From Actinomycetota bacterium (GTDB lineage Bacteria; Actinomycetota; Acidimicrobiia; Acidimicrobiales; Ilumatobacteraceae): a stretch of DNA of 64,000 nt. Below, in pieces: positions 17,652 to 27,254 of the stretch (position 1 is the first letter of the stretch; the number at the start of each line of letters is the position of its first letter). The position numbers were made by a program, and so were the translations under genes. The stretch is from contig JBDKJP010000065.1 of assembly GCA_039796575.1 (NCBI GenBank), positions 12,946 through 76,945 on the forward strand, written 5' to 3'. The notes beneath the pieces are model-generated. The model had not been told where the DNA came from and made no database searches. It was given only the letters and a program-made list of their open reading frames with translations.

Positions 17652-20010
17652 GCTGACGCGACGACGTGCCGACGCACACGGTGTGCGTGCCCGGCACGGT
17701 GGCCCACGTCTGCTCCGCGGGGTCCCATCGCTGGAACGCGCGAGGCGGGAGGTCGATGCGGACGGTGCTCACCCCACCGGCGTCGAGCGTGACCTTCGCG
17801 AACCCCTGCAGCGTGCGGACCGGCCGCCCGGGCAGTCGTTCCTGCGGTTCGACGTACACCTGCACCACCGTGCTCCCGGTGCGGTGACCGGTGTTGCGCA
17901 CGGTGACGTCGACCGACGCACCGGCGGTGGTGTCGCCCTGCACGTCGCCGATGTCGAGCGACCAGGTGGTGTAGCCGAGACCGTGACCGAAGGGGAACAG
18001 CGGCTCGATGCCCTCCTGGTCGTACCAGCGGTGACCGATGAGCAACCCCTCGCCGTAGGCCATGTGGTCGTGTGCGCCGGGGTAGTACGTGAACGCGGGC
18101 GTGTCCTCCAGGCGGCGCGGGAACGTGACCGGGAGGCGGCCACCGGGCTCGGCCTCGCCGTACAGCACCTGGCCGAGCGCGGTGCCGAACTCCTCACCGG
18201 GGAACCACGTCCACAGCACGGCCGCCACGTCGTCGAGCCACGGCATCGCGACCGGTGACCCGGCGTTCACGACGACGACGGTGTTCGGGTTGGCCGCGGC
18301 GACGCGGCGGATGAGCTCGTCCTGCTCACCCGGCAGCGCGAGCGTGGTGCGGTCCTCGCCCTCGGTCTCCCAGTCGGCGTTGGTGCCGACGACCACGACG
18401 GCCACGGGCGCCTCGGCGGCGGCCGCGACCGCACGGTCGAGGAGGTCGCCCGACGGCGGCGGTGCGGCACCGACGGCCAGGCCGCGCAGCTGACCGCGCT
18501 CCACCTCGCCGAGGTCGATCTCGATCTGGCGCGACACGCCGGCCTCGCACGGCACGGTGACGCGGATCTCGGGGCTGCCGAGCCCGAAGTACGAGCCGCC
18601 CACCTGCGGCACGGAGAGGTCGACGATCACCTCGCCGTCGATGCGCAGCACGGTCGGCCCGACCGACGTGAGGCTCACGGTCCAGTCGCCGTCGGCGTCG
18701 GGGGTGAACGTGCCACCGAAGTGCGCGGTGAACGAACGGCGGTCGATGCCGGGAGCCGGCGGGTCCATCCAGAGGAACGTGAGCCGGTCGTGCAACGCGG
18801 TGCCGGTGTTGCCGTGCAGGTCGGTGTAGCGCGCCTCGAACGACCCGCGCATCGGGGCGAGTCGCTTCTCGATGCGGCAGCCGGGCTCGTGCCGGGCGAC
18901 GGTGCCGCGCTGTTGCAGCGCGCCGAGCGGCAGCACCTTCCGCTCGGGCCGCACCTGCGCGCTGCCGCCACCCTGGATCTGCCCGCGGTCGGAGTTCGGG
19001 CCGAGCAGCGCGACCTGTGCGTCGGCGGCCAGCGGCAGCAAGCCGTTGTCGTTCTTCAGCAGCACCATGCCGGCGATGGCGGCGCGGCGGATGACGTCGC
19101 GGGTCTCGGGCGAGTCGTCGGTGGTCTCGTCGGCGGTGTCGTCGAACACGCCCGCCCAGTCGAACAGGCGCAGCAGGCGACGCACCGATTCATCGAGGCG
19201 CGCCTCGGTGGTGCGGCCCGCGGCGAGCTCGCGGTGCAGCGCCTCGCCGCGCTCGCGCGGCGGCCCGGGCATCTCGAGGTCGAGGCCGGCCTCGAGCGAG
19301 TTCGCGGCGCTGTGCGTGCCGAACCAGTCGCTGATGACGACGCCGTCGAAGCCCCACTGGTCGCGCAGCACGCCGCGCAGCAGCTCGTGGTGCTCGCTCG
19401 CGTGCACGCCGTTGATGCGGTTGTACGAGCTCATCACCGCCTTCACGTCGGCGCCGCCGTCGGCGACCGGCCGGACCGTCGCTTCGAAGGGCGCGAGGTA
19501 GAGCTCGCGCAGGGTGACGTCGTCGACGTCGCTGGAGATGGTGTGGCGTTCGTGCTCGGTGTCGTTGGCCACGAAGTGCTTGATGCAGCACGCGACCCGC
19601 TGCGACTGCACACCGCGCACGTACGCGACCGCGGTGGCGGTGGTGAGCACGGGGTCTTCGCTCATGCATTCGAAGTTGCGGCCGCCGATGGGCGTGCGGT
19701 GCAGGTTCACCGTGGGGGCGAGCAGCACGTGCGCGTGCTTCGAGCGGGCCTCGCGGCCGAGCGCCTCCCCCACCTCCTGCACGAGCGCCGGGTCGAACGA
19801 CGCACCGAGCGCCGACGAGCACGGGAACGATGCCGACGCAGGGCCGGTCCACGAGGTGCCGCGCACGCCGGCGGGCCCGTCGGAGCAGCGCATCGCCGGC
19901 ACGTCGGTGACGGCGGGTGTGTGCCAGTTGTCGGCACCGGCGACCAGTGCGATCTTCTCGTCCAGGCTGAGCGCGGCCAGCACGGCCTCCACGTCGATGG
20001 TCATCGGCAC
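17611..20010 (-). CDS. Glycoside hydrolase family 3 beta-glucosidase with an inserted PA14-like domain
   Basis: 799 aa. Motifs include LSLDEKIALVAG, KHFVANDTEHER and the nucleophile region GFDGVVISDWFG. There is a PA14-like insert (TFTPDADGDWTVSLTSVGPTVLRIDGEVIVD) and a C-terminal Fn3-like domain. Confidence 0.92.
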   Translation of the reverse strand: MPMTIDVEAVLAALSLDEKIALVAGADNWHTPAVTDVPAMRCSDGPAGVRGTSWTGPASASFPCSSALGASFDPALVQEVGEALGREARSKHAHVLLAPTVNLHRTPIGGRNFECMSEDPVLTTATAVAYVRGVQSQRVACCIKHFVANDTEHERHTISSDVDDVTLRELYLAPFEATVRPVADGGADVKAVMSSYNRINGVHASEHHELLRGVLRDQWGFDGVVISDWFGTHSAANSLEAGLDLEMPGPPRERGEALHRELAAGRTTEARLDESVRRLLRLFDWAGVFDDTADETTDDSPETRDVIRRAAIAGMVLLKNDNGLLPLAADAQVALLGPNSDRGQIQGGGSAQVRPERKVLPLGALQQRGTVARHEPGCRIEKRLAPMRGSFEARYTDLHGNTGTALHDRLTFLWMDPPAPGIDRRSFTAHFGGTFTPDADGDWTVSLTSVGPTVLRIDGEVIVDLSVPQVGGSYFGLGSPEIRVTVPCEAGVSRQIEIDLGEVERGQLRGLAVGAAPPPSGDLLDRAVAAAAEAPVAVVVVGTNADWETEGEDRTTLALPGEQDELIRRVAAANPNTVVVVNAGSPVAMPWLDDVAAVLWTWFPGEEFGTALGQVLYGEAEPGGRLPVTFPRRLEDTPAFTYYPGAHDHMAYGEGLLIGHRWYDQEGIEPLFPFGHGLGYTTWSLDIGDVQGDTTAGASVDVTVRNTGHRTGSTVVQVYVEPQERLPGRPVRTLQGFAKVTLDAGGVSTVRIDLPPRAFQRWDPAEQTWATVPGTHTVCVGTSSRQLTSLGECRAGATA

Positions 20011-20044
20011 AGACTGCCAGACCGCGCGCGCCCGGCGCGCCGGG

Positions 20045-21406
20045 TCAGGCGGGCGGCGGGACGCTGCGGTCGCTCACCCAGTTGCCGTGGAACCCGTAGG
20101 GCACGCGCTGGGGCAACAGCACGCGAGCGACCTCGCCACGTGAGATGTCCTGTGCATCGAGCACCACGAGCTCGGCGGTGCCCTTGGGCACGTCGTGCAC
20201 GAAGGTGAGCAACCAACCGTCGTCCTCGGCGGTGGGGTTCGGTCGACTGACGAACACCGGCTCACCGCCGCCGCGACCGGCGCCGTAGGAGTGCTCGATC
20301 ACCTGGCCGGTGTGCATGTCGATCTTCAGCAGCGGCCACTCGGCGCCGTCGTTGGGCGAGGCGGCGTAGCCGTAGCGGTACGGCTTCGCGGTGAGCGAGC
20401 CGCGATGGCGCGGGAACTCGACCGGGCGGTCGTCGACGACGGTGACGCTCGACGTGCGCGACGCCGGGTTGATCACCCACCGTTCGAGCCGCGCGAGGTT
20501 GTCGCCGAACGGGCCGCTGAGGTCGCCCTCGAACATGCGGTCGTACACGCAGGTGTCGATGACCATCGTGCCGTCGGGCTGGTCGAACGCGTTGAGCGGG
20601 TGGAACGTGTAGCACTCGGGTACGTCGACCCAGATGATGGCGTCGGCGTCGGCTTCACGGGGCAGCAGACCGACGCGCGAAAGCCCGCCCGGCTGCCAGC
20701 GGAACGGGAAGCGGCCGGCCATCGCGAGGTCGATGTCGACGTTGCACGGCAGGTCGTACACGACCGCGTACTGCTGGGTGAGCGACATGTCGTGGAGCAT
20801 CGACATCTGCTGCATCGGGATGTCGACGGTGCGGCGCACGCGGCCGTCGGTGCCGACCACCACGTACTGCACGTGGTCGAACCACTGGCCCCACGCGTAG
20901 ACCATGGCGTGCATCTCGCCGGAGTCGGGGTCGATCTTCGGGTGCGCGGTGAACGCGGCGGGCAGGGTGCCGAAGAAGTCGTTGCGGCCGACGGTCTCGA
21001 GCTCGTAGGTGAGCTCGACCGGGCAGGCGCCGGCTTCGACCATGGCCCACGTGGTGCCGGCGAACCCGCCGACGTTGGTGTTCGGGCCGCTCGGGCTGTC
21101 GTTCCAGTTGCGGCCGGGGATGTCGGGCAGGCCGAACGCCTGGCTGTGGTTGCGCGACCCGACGTACCGGTTGCGGTACCACTCGGCCTTGCCACCACGC
21201 AGGCGCACGCCGTGCACCATGCCGTCGCCCATGAACCAGTGATGGTTGACCGGGTCGTGCACCGAGATGGGGTTCGGCCCGTTGCGCAGGTACCGGCCTT
21301 CGAGGTCGGCGGGCAGTTCACCGATGACCGGGAGGTCGAAGGCGGTGACCTCCTCGGTGACGGGCGCGTAGTTGCCCTGGAGGTAGTGGTTGGCGGTGTC
21401 GGTCAT
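20045..21406 (-). CDS. Carotenoid/apocarotenoid cleavage oxygenase (RPE65/CCD family)
   Basis: 453 aa. It starts with YLQGNYAPVTEEV and LPADLEGRYLRNGPNP, and has conserved His-containing blocks FTAHPKIDP, MLHDMSLT, YTFHPLNAF and PYGFHGNW. Confidence 0.92.
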   Translation of the reverse strand: MTDTANHYLQGNYAPVTEEVTAFDLPVIGELPADLEGRYLRNGPNPISVHDPVNHHWFMGDGMVHGVRLRGGKAEWYRNRYVGSRNHSQAFGLPDIPGRNWNDSPSGPNTNVGGFAGTTWAMVEAGACPVELTYELETVGRNDFFGTLPAAFTAHPKIDPDSGEMHAMVYAWGQWFDHVQYVVVGTDGRVRRTVDIPMQQMSMLHDMSLTQQYAVVYDLPCNVDIDLAMAGRFPFRWQPGGLSRVGLLPREADADAIIWVDVPECYTFHPLNAFDQPDGTMVIDTCVYDRMFEGDLSGPFGDNLARLERWVINPASRTSSVTVVDDRPVEFPRHRGSLTAKPYRYGYAASPNDGAEWPLLKIDMHTGQVIEHSYGAGRGGGEPVFVSRPNPTAEDDGWLLTFVHDVPKGTAELVVLDAQDISRGEVARVLLPQRVPYGFHGNWVSDRSVPPPA

Positions 21407-21482
21407 CGGGGGCCCCCAGCCGTCGAGATGATCACCTGACCTTAGAACCCGAGTGACTGCTCAGCAACCGATGCGGGCGCAA

Positions 21483-22868
21483 TCATTCCGCCGGCAACGG
21501 CAGCGTGAACCCGATCTCGGCACCGCCACCCTCGGCGTTGCAGGCGAACGTGGTGCCGCCGTGGGACTCGACGATCGACTGCACGATCGACAGCCCGAGG
21601 CCCGAGCCGGGCTTGCTGCGCATCTCGACCGATCGGTAGAAGCGGTCGAACAGATGCGGGATGTCGGACTCGACGAGGCCCGGACCGTGGTCGCGCACCT
21701 CCACCCGACCCGCGGCGACGGTGACCTCGACCGGGCCGTCGTCGGAGAACTTGCACGCGTTGTCGACCAGGTTCTGCAGTGCCCGTTCGAGCGCCATCGG
21801 GCGACCGTCGAGCAGCGAGTCGTCGGCCACCACCTGCACGTCGCGACCGAAGCGGCGGCGGGCGCGGGCGGCGGCACGTTCGGCCACGTCGCCGAGCCGC
21901 ACCGACTGGACGAGCTCGTCGTCGCGGCGGTCGGTGGCGAGCTCGACCAGTTCGTTGACCAGATCGGTGAGCTCGCGGGTCTCGCTGTCGAGGTCGGCGA
22001 GCACCTGTTCGCGCTGTTCGCTCGTGAGGCTGTCGTTGCGGCGACGCAGCACCGACACGTTGGTGCGCAGGCTGGTGAGCGGCGTGCGCAGTTCGTGACC
22101 GGCGTCCTGCACCAGCTGCTGCTGTTCCTGCTTGCTGCGCTGCAGCGCGTCGAGCATCCCGCTGAACGCGCGGCCGAGCTGCCCGGTCTCGTCGTTGCCG
22201 TCGACCGGGACGGGCACGTCGAGGCGGCCGGTGGTGGCCACTTCACCGGCTGCTGCGGTGAGGTCCTCCAGACGGCGGGTGACCTGTCGGGCGATGAACC
22301 AGCCGGCGAGCAGCGAGATCGTGGTGACCAGCAGCACCGCGACGATCATGCTGTGCAGGATGCGTTCGAGCGCCTGCTCGCCTTCGCGCAGCGACCGTGC
22401 CAACTGCACCGCACCGTCCTCGTACTTCACGGTGAGCACCCGGAACGGTTCGCCGTCGACCTCGATCTCGTGGTGCGCTTCCGCGTTCGGGTCGGTAGAG
22501 GCGGCGACGGCGAGGTCGGCGTCGGTGACGGGCAGCTCGCCCGACTCGGGCGACACGAGCACGTTGCCCTCGGCGTCGATGATCTGCACCAGCACCTGTT
22601 CGAAGCTGCGCGGGCGGCCGTGGCCGGGGCCGCGCCCGTCGCCGGAGCCGGAGCCGGGGCCGGGCATGAAGCCGTCGCCGTCACCGTCGAGGTCGAAGCC
22701 GCCGCCCGGCCCGCGCTCGTTGATCATCGCGGCCGCGGCCTCGAGCGAGGCATCGACGGTCTCGTTCAGCTCGTGACGGGTGGTGGTGTACGACGCGACG
22801 CCGATGGCGACGGTGGCCGTGGCGGCCAGCGCTGCCAGCAGCAGCACGATCTTGACGCGCAGGCTCAC
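21483..22868 (-). CDS. Sensor histidine kinase (HAMP + HisKA + HATPase_c), MprB/CutS-like
   Basis: ORF 21483..23363 trimmed to GTG 22868, which overlaps the RR stop (GTGA). It has two TM helices flanking a Gly/Asp-rich extracytoplasmic segment, an H-box HELRTPLTSL, an N-box LQNLVDNACKF and a G2 box GSGLGLSIV. Confidence 0.88.
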   Translation of the reverse strand: MSLRVKIVLLLAALAATATVAIGVASYTTTRHELNETVDASLEAAAAMINERGPGGGFDLDGDGDGFMPGPGSGSGDGRGPGHGRPRSFEQVLVQIIDAEGNVLVSPESGELPVTDADLAVAASTDPNAEAHHEIEVDGEPFRVLTVKYEDGAVQLARSLREGEQALERILHSMIVAVLLVTTISLLAGWFIARQVTRRLEDLTAAAGEVATTGRLDVPVPVDGNDETGQLGRAFSGMLDALQRSKQEQQQLVQDAGHELRTPLTSLRTNVSVLRRRNDSLTSEQREQVLADLDSETRELTDLVNELVELATDRRDDELVQSVRLGDVAERAAARARRRFGRDVQVVADDSLLDGRPMALERALQNLVDNACKFSDDGPVEVTVAAGRVEVRDHGPGLVESDIPHLFDRFYRSVEMRSKPGSGLGLSIVQSIVESHGGTTFACNAEGGGAEIGFTLPLPAE

Positions 22869-23554
22869 GCCACACGCACCGTGTAGCCGACGCCTCGCAC
22901 GGTGTGGATGAGCTTGCTGTCGCCGGGGCCCTCGAGCTTGCGGCGCAGGTACGAGATGTACACGGCGAGGTTCTTCGAGTCGGGGCCGAAGTCGTAGCCC
23001 CAGATGCGGTCGTAGATGGTGCTGTGCTCGAGCACGATGCCCTGGTTGCGCACCAGCAGTTCGAGCAGGTCGAACTCGGTCTTCGACAGCTCGACCTCGC
23101 GCTCGCCGCGCCACACGCGGCGGCTGGTGGGGTCGAGGCGGAGGTCGGCGATCTGCACGGGCTCGGCGCCGCTCTCGGCGTCGTCGGGGCGGGCGCGACG
23201 CAGCAGGGCGCGCAGCCGGGCGAGCAGTTCGTCGAGGTCGAACGGCTTCGGGAGGTAGTCGTCGGCGCCGGCGTCGAGGCCGGCCACGCGGTCGGGGGTC
23301 TCGGTGCGTGCGGTGAGCATCAGCACCGGGATGCGGTTGCGCTCCGCTCGGAGCACACGGCACACGGTGAGGCCGTCGAGGTTCGGCATCATCACGTCGA
23401 GCACGGCCACGTCGGGCTGGCGCTCCTGGATGAGCTGCAACGCGGCGGCGCCGTCGGGGGCCTGCACCACCTCGTAGCCCTCCAGGGAGAGAGCCCGGCT
23501 GAGCGACTCACGGATGGCCCGGTCGTCGTCGGCGATGAGAATGCGTCCGCTCAT
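22865..23554 (-). CDS. OmpR/PhoB-family response regulator
   Basis: ORF trimmed to ATG 23554 (MSGRILIADDD). It has the phospho-acceptor context DVAVLDVMMP, LPKPF, and a winged-helix output ..LSKTEFDLLELL..VRGVGYTV. Confidence 0.93.
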   Translation of the reverse strand: MSGRILIADDDRAIRESLSRALSLEGYEVVQAPDGAAALQLIQERQPDVAVLDVMMPNLDGLTVCRVLRAERNRIPVLMLTARTETPDRVAGLDAGADDYLPKPFDLDELLARLRALLRRARPDDAESGAEPVQIADLRLDPTSRRVWRGEREVELSKTEFDLLELLVRNQGIVLEHSTIYDRIWGYDFGPDSKNLAVYISYLRRKLEGPGDSKLIHTVRGVGYTVRVA

Positions 23555-23583
23555 TTGGTGTGCGCCTTGTGGGGAGGTGACGA

Positions 23584-23622
23584 ATCGGCCGGGAACTGGG
23601 GAGGAGCCAGTTCCCGGCCGAT
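23584..23622 (-). terminator. Perfect 16-bp-stem GC-rich hairpin between the secreted-protein gene and the response regulator gene
   Basis: ATCGGCCGGGAACTGG-GGAGGAG-CCAGTTCCCGGCCGAT read directly. There is no U-tract on either strand, so it is a terminator, attenuator or processing-site candidate only. Confidence 0.45.
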
Positions 23623-23633
23623 CGTAGAGGGGA

Positions 23634-24404
23634 TCAGGCGTCGGCCGACGTCTGCGTGTCCTGCGGGCCACCGTCGATGGTGCCGCCGCTCGTGCCGGTG
23701 TCGCCGCTGGCGTCGTCACCGTCGCCGTCGTGACCGTGGTGGCCGCGGCCGCCCATGCCCGGGCCGCCCATGCCGGAGCCGCCGGCCGGGGCACCGTTGT
23801 TCACCATGTCGGTGATGCGGGTGGTGGCCTCGGCGATGCGTGCGTCGGCGTCTTCCTGGGTGTGCTCGCCGGCGGCGACCTCTTCGTCGAAGTGCGCCTG
23901 GAGCTCGGCCACGAGGGCGTCGATCACGGCCTGTGCGGTGCTGCCGTTGGCGACGGCGATCTCGGCCAGCGTCTGGCCGCCCTGGAGCGCGGTCTGCAGC
24001 TCGTCGGTGGTGATGCCGATCACGGTGGCGACGGCGTCGAGGTTGCCGCCCATGCCCATCCCGGGCCCGCCAGGACCGCCGTGGCCGCCACCCATCGGGC
24101 CGGCCGCCTCGAGCGCGGCGATCACCTTGTCGACCTGCTCCTGGGTGAGCGAACCGTCGTCGATGAGCGGCTGCAGTGCGTCCTGGAGGTGTGCGGCGTG
24201 ATCCGCAGCCCGGTCGGTGTCGGTGGCCGCACCGGTGTCGGTGCTGCCGGTCGAGTCGCTCGTGGTGTCGTCGGTTGCCACGGTGACGGCGGTGACGCCG
24301 TTCGACGCTGCGCCGGCCGAGCCGGACATCTCGAGGAGGAAACCGGCGCCGGCGCCGGCGAGAAGACCTGCGCTGAGACCGATGGCGGTGAGCTTCTTGT
24401 TCAT
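23634..24404 (-). CDS. Secreted Gly/Met/His-rich protein with an LTXXQ motif (CpxP/Spy/ZraP-like candidate)
   Basis: ORF trimmed to ATG 24404 (MNKKLTAIGLSAGLLAGAGAG, signal or anchor). It contains DDGSLTQEQVDKVIAALEAA, GPMGGGHGGPGGPGMGMGG and GGSGMGGPGMGGRGHHGHDGDGDD. GC3 is high throughout. Confidence 0.65.
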   Translation of the reverse strand: MNKKLTAIGLSAGLLAGAGAGFLLEMSGSAGAASNGVTAVTVATDDTTSDSTGSTDTGAATDTDRAADHAAHLQDALQPLIDDGSLTQEQVDKVIAALEAAGPMGGGHGGPGGPGMGMGGNLDAVATVIGITTDELQTALQGGQTLAEIAVANGSTAQAVIDALVAELQAHFDEEVAAGEHTQEDADARIAEATTRITDMVNNGAPAGGSGMGGPGMGGRGHHGHDGDGDDASGDTGTSGGTIDGGPQDTQTSADA

Positions 24405-24501
24405 CGGGGTGTGCCTTTCGATGTGGGGTGGCGAGGAACATGATGCGACCCCTGGGTTAAGCACACTCGGCGGCTTCGTGAGAAACAGGTGAGAACCGCC
24501 G

Positions 24502-25890
24502 TCAGCCGGCGACGGCGTCGAACTCCTCGATCAGCTTCAGCAGCGCGACCTCCACCACTTCGCTCAGCGCGGGGTGGATCCAGATCTGACCGGCCATCTC
24601 GTCGGCGGTGCTGCCGAGGTGCATGCCCTGCACGAGCAACTGCACGAGGATGCTCGCCTGGTACCCGATGACGTGCGCGCCGATGACGGTGCGCGTGCGC
24701 GGGTCGCCGATGAGCTTGCAGAAGCCTTGTGTGTCCTCCATGGCCCAGCCGTACGCGGCACCCGCGTAGTCGTGGCTGATGACGCAGTAGGGCTCGCCGC
24801 TCGCCGCGGCCTGCGCCTCGGTGACGCCGCACGTGCCGACCTGCGGGCTGGTGAACACGGCGGACGGCGCGGGACGGTCGTCGTAGGTGCGCAGGTCGTC
24901 GGGATGGCTGAGGTTGTGGCGCACCACCTTCGCCTCGCCGTTGGCCATGTGCTTCAGCTGATATCGACCGTTCACGTCGCCGAGCGCCCACACGCCGGGG
25001 GCGGTGGTGCGGCCGTAGCGGTCGACCTTCACGGCGCCGTCCTCGTCGACCTCGATGCCTCCGGCAGTGACGCGGAGCTGGTCGCTGTTCGGGATGCGGC
25101 CGGTGGCGACGAGCAGCACGTCGCCCTCGATGGTGCGCGGCCCACCGTCGCACACCAGATCGACGGCGATCCCGTCGCCCGTGCGGCGCACGCGGTCGAC
25201 GTGCGAGCCGAGGGCGAGGTCGAACCGGTCGCCGAGCTCGCGGGTGAGGCGGGCGGAGATGTCGGCGTCGGCCGCCTGCAGCAGCCGGTGGCCGCGGTTG
25301 ATGATGGTGACAGCCGAGCCGAGTGCGCCGAACACGTGGGCCATCTCGCACGCGATGAAGCCGCCGCCGAAGATGACGAGGTGCTCGGGCAGCCTCGGCA
25401 GTCGCATGATGTTGTCGCTGGTGTGGAACGGCACGTCGTCGAGGCCCGGCACGTCGGGGATGTACGAACGCGCGCCGGCCGCGATGACCACCTGTTCACC
25501 GCGGATGCGCTGCCCACCCACCTCGAGCTCGCGGTCGCCCACGAAGTGCGCCGAGTGCTCGTACACGTCGACGTTGGGCAACCCGACGCGGTAGTCGCGA
25601 CCGCCGTCGGCGATGGGGTCGATGCGGCCGAACACGCGCTGCACGATGGCCGGCCAGTCGGCGCCGTCGAACGACGTGCGGATGCCGTACCGCTCGCCGT
25701 GGCGGGCGTGCTCGGCGAGGTCGGCGGGGAACACGAACATCTTCGTGGGGATGCAGCCGCGGTTGAGGCAGGTGCCGCCGAACACGCCGCGCTCGACCAT
25801 GGCGATGCGCCAGTCGTCGTGCTCCGGCCCGATGATCGAGTTGCCGGAGCCCGACCCGATGATGATGAGGTCGTACTGCTCGGTGGTCAC
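24502..25890 (-). CDS. mtr: Mycothione reductase-like pyridine nucleotide-disulfide oxidoreductase
   Basis: ORF trimmed to GTG 25890 ([18 protein letters not shown]), 462 aa. It has the redox-active disulfide [13 protein letters not shown] and blocks [25 protein letters not shown] and [11 protein letters not shown] that match my recollection of actinobacterial Mtr. Confidence 0.8.
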   Translation of the reverse strand: MTTEQYDLIIIGSGSGNSIIGPEHDDWRIAMVERGVFGGTCLNRGCIPTKMFVFPADLAEHARHGERYGIRTSFDGADWPAIVQRVFGRIDPIADGGRDYRVGLPNVDVYEHSAHFVGDRELEVGGQRIRGEQVVIAAGARSYIPDVPGLDDVPFHTSDNIMRLPRLPEHLVIFGGGFIACEMAHVFGALGSAVTIINRGHRLLQAADADISARLTRELGDRFDLALGSHVDRVRRTGDGIAVDLVCDGGPRTIEGDVLLVATGRIPNSDQLRVTAGGIEVDEDGAVKVDRYGRTTAPGVWALGDVNGRYQLKHMANGEAKVVRHNLSHPDDLRTYDDRPAPSAVFTSPQVGTCGVTEAQAAASGEPYCVISHDYAGAAYGWAMEDTQGFCKLIGDPRTRTVIGAHVIGYQASILVQLLVQGMHLGSTADEMAGQIWIHPALSEVVEVALLKLIEEFDAVAG

Positions 25891-25961
25891 CCGAACAGGG
25901 TGCCAGATGGCGGACCCGACCGCACAGGGGTACGGTGAGTTCATCCAGAGAGGAGCCGGTG

Positions 25962-26576
25962 ATGCCCGCCTACACCCTGCCCGAACTGCCCTACTCCCCC
26001 GGTGCGCTCGAGCCGCACTACAGCGGTGAGATCGTCGCGCTGCACCACGACAAACACCACGCCGCGTACGTGAAGGGCGCGAACGACACACTCGAGGCGT
26101 TGGCCGCAGCGCGCGAAGCGGGCGACCACAGCACCATCAACATGCTGTCGCGCAGCTACGCGTTCCACGTGAGCGGCCACGTGCTGCACAGCATCTTCTG
26201 GACCAACATGAGCCCCGACGGTGGCGGTCGCCCCGACGGCGAGCTGGCGGCGGCCATCGACGAGTTCTTCGGTGGCTTCGAGGCGATGCAGGCGCAGCTC
26301 ACCGCGGCCACCGTGAACGTGCAGGGCATCGGGTGGGGTGCGCTGGCATGGGAGCCCGTGGCGCAGCGACTGGTGATCGAGCAGATCCACGACCACCAGG
26401 GCAACGTCGGCGCCGGCTCGGTGCCCCTGCTGGTGATCGACTCGTGGGAGCACGCGTACTACCTGCAGTACAAGAACGTGAAGGCCGACTTCGTGAAGGC
26501 GTTCTGGAACATCGCCAACTGGCCCGACGTGGCCCGCCGGTTCGCCGCCGCACGCGAGGTGCCGCCCACCGTATGA
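25962..26576 (+). CDS. sodA: Fe/Mn superoxide dismutase
   Basis: ORF trimmed to ATG 25962 ([33 protein letters not shown]). The C-terminal metal-ligand block is [13 protein letters not shown]. Confidence 0.93.
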   Translation: MPAYTLPELPYSPGALEPHYSGEIVALHHDKHHAAYVKGANDTLEALAAAREAGDHSTINMLSRSYAFHVSGHVLHSIFWTNMSPDGGGRPDGELAAAIDEFFGGFEAMQAQLTAATVNVQGIGWGALAWEPVAQRLVIEQIHDHQGNVGAGSVPLLVIDSWEHAYYLQYKNVKADFVKAFWNIANWPDVARRFAAAREVPPTV

Positions 26577-27244
26577 GCGAGCCCGAGTTCGTCGAGATCC
26601 TCCACGACGACACGTTGTGGCGGTTCGAGCCCGACTTCCTGCGGTCGAACTGGACGTGCATCTGGGGGCGCGGCTGCAAGGGCATCCTCGACGCGCCCGC
26701 CGAGCACCTGCAACAGGGGTGCTGTTCGGTGGGCGCCGAGCTCACCGATCTCGACGAAGCGATGAACGTGTCCGCGCTGGCGGCCACGGTGCCGTCGCAC
26801 CTGTGGCAATTCCACGATCGGGTCGATGCCGACGACGTGTTCAGCGACGACCGCCGCATCAACACCAAGGTCGTCGACGGCGCGTGCATCTTCCTCAACC
26901 GCCCCGGGTTCGAGGGCGGTGAGGGGTGCGCGCTGCACCTGGCCGCGGTCGACGCCGGCGAGTCGCCGCTCGACTGGAAGCCGTCGGTGTGCTGGCAGCT
27001 CCCCATCCGCGTCGACTGGGCGATGCAACCCGACGGCATCGAGCACGCCACAGTGCGCCGTTGGAGCCGGGCCGATTGGGGCGACGAAGGCGACACGATG
27101 GCGTGGTGCTGCACGTCGCACGACGACGGCGGCGAGGCCTACTGCGGCGACCGTCCGGTGATCGACTCGCTCGGCGAGGAGCTCGCGGCCGTCACCGGCC
27201 ACGAGGTCTACGTCGAGCTCCGCCGCCGCCTGGCCGCCGACTGA
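26573..27244 (+). CDS. Conserved Cys-rich protein (YkgJ/DUF3109-like putative Fe-S or Zn-binding fold)
   Basis: ATG 26573 overlaps the sodA stop (ATGA). 223 aa with 11 Cys in the patterns [37 protein letters not shown] and YCG. GC3 is high. Confidence 0.7.
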   Translation: MSEPEFVEILHDDTLWRFEPDFLRSNWTCIWGRGCKGILDAPAEHLQQGCCSVGAELTDLDEAMNVSALAATVPSHLWQFHDRVDADDVFSDDRRINTKVVDGACIFLNRPGFEGGEGCALHLAAVDAGESPLDWKPSVCWQLPIRVDWAMQPDGIEHATVRRWSRADWGDEGDTMAWCCTSHDDGGEAYCGDRPVIDSLGEELAAVTGHEVYVELRRRLAAD

Positions 27245-27254
27245 CGGTCCAGGG

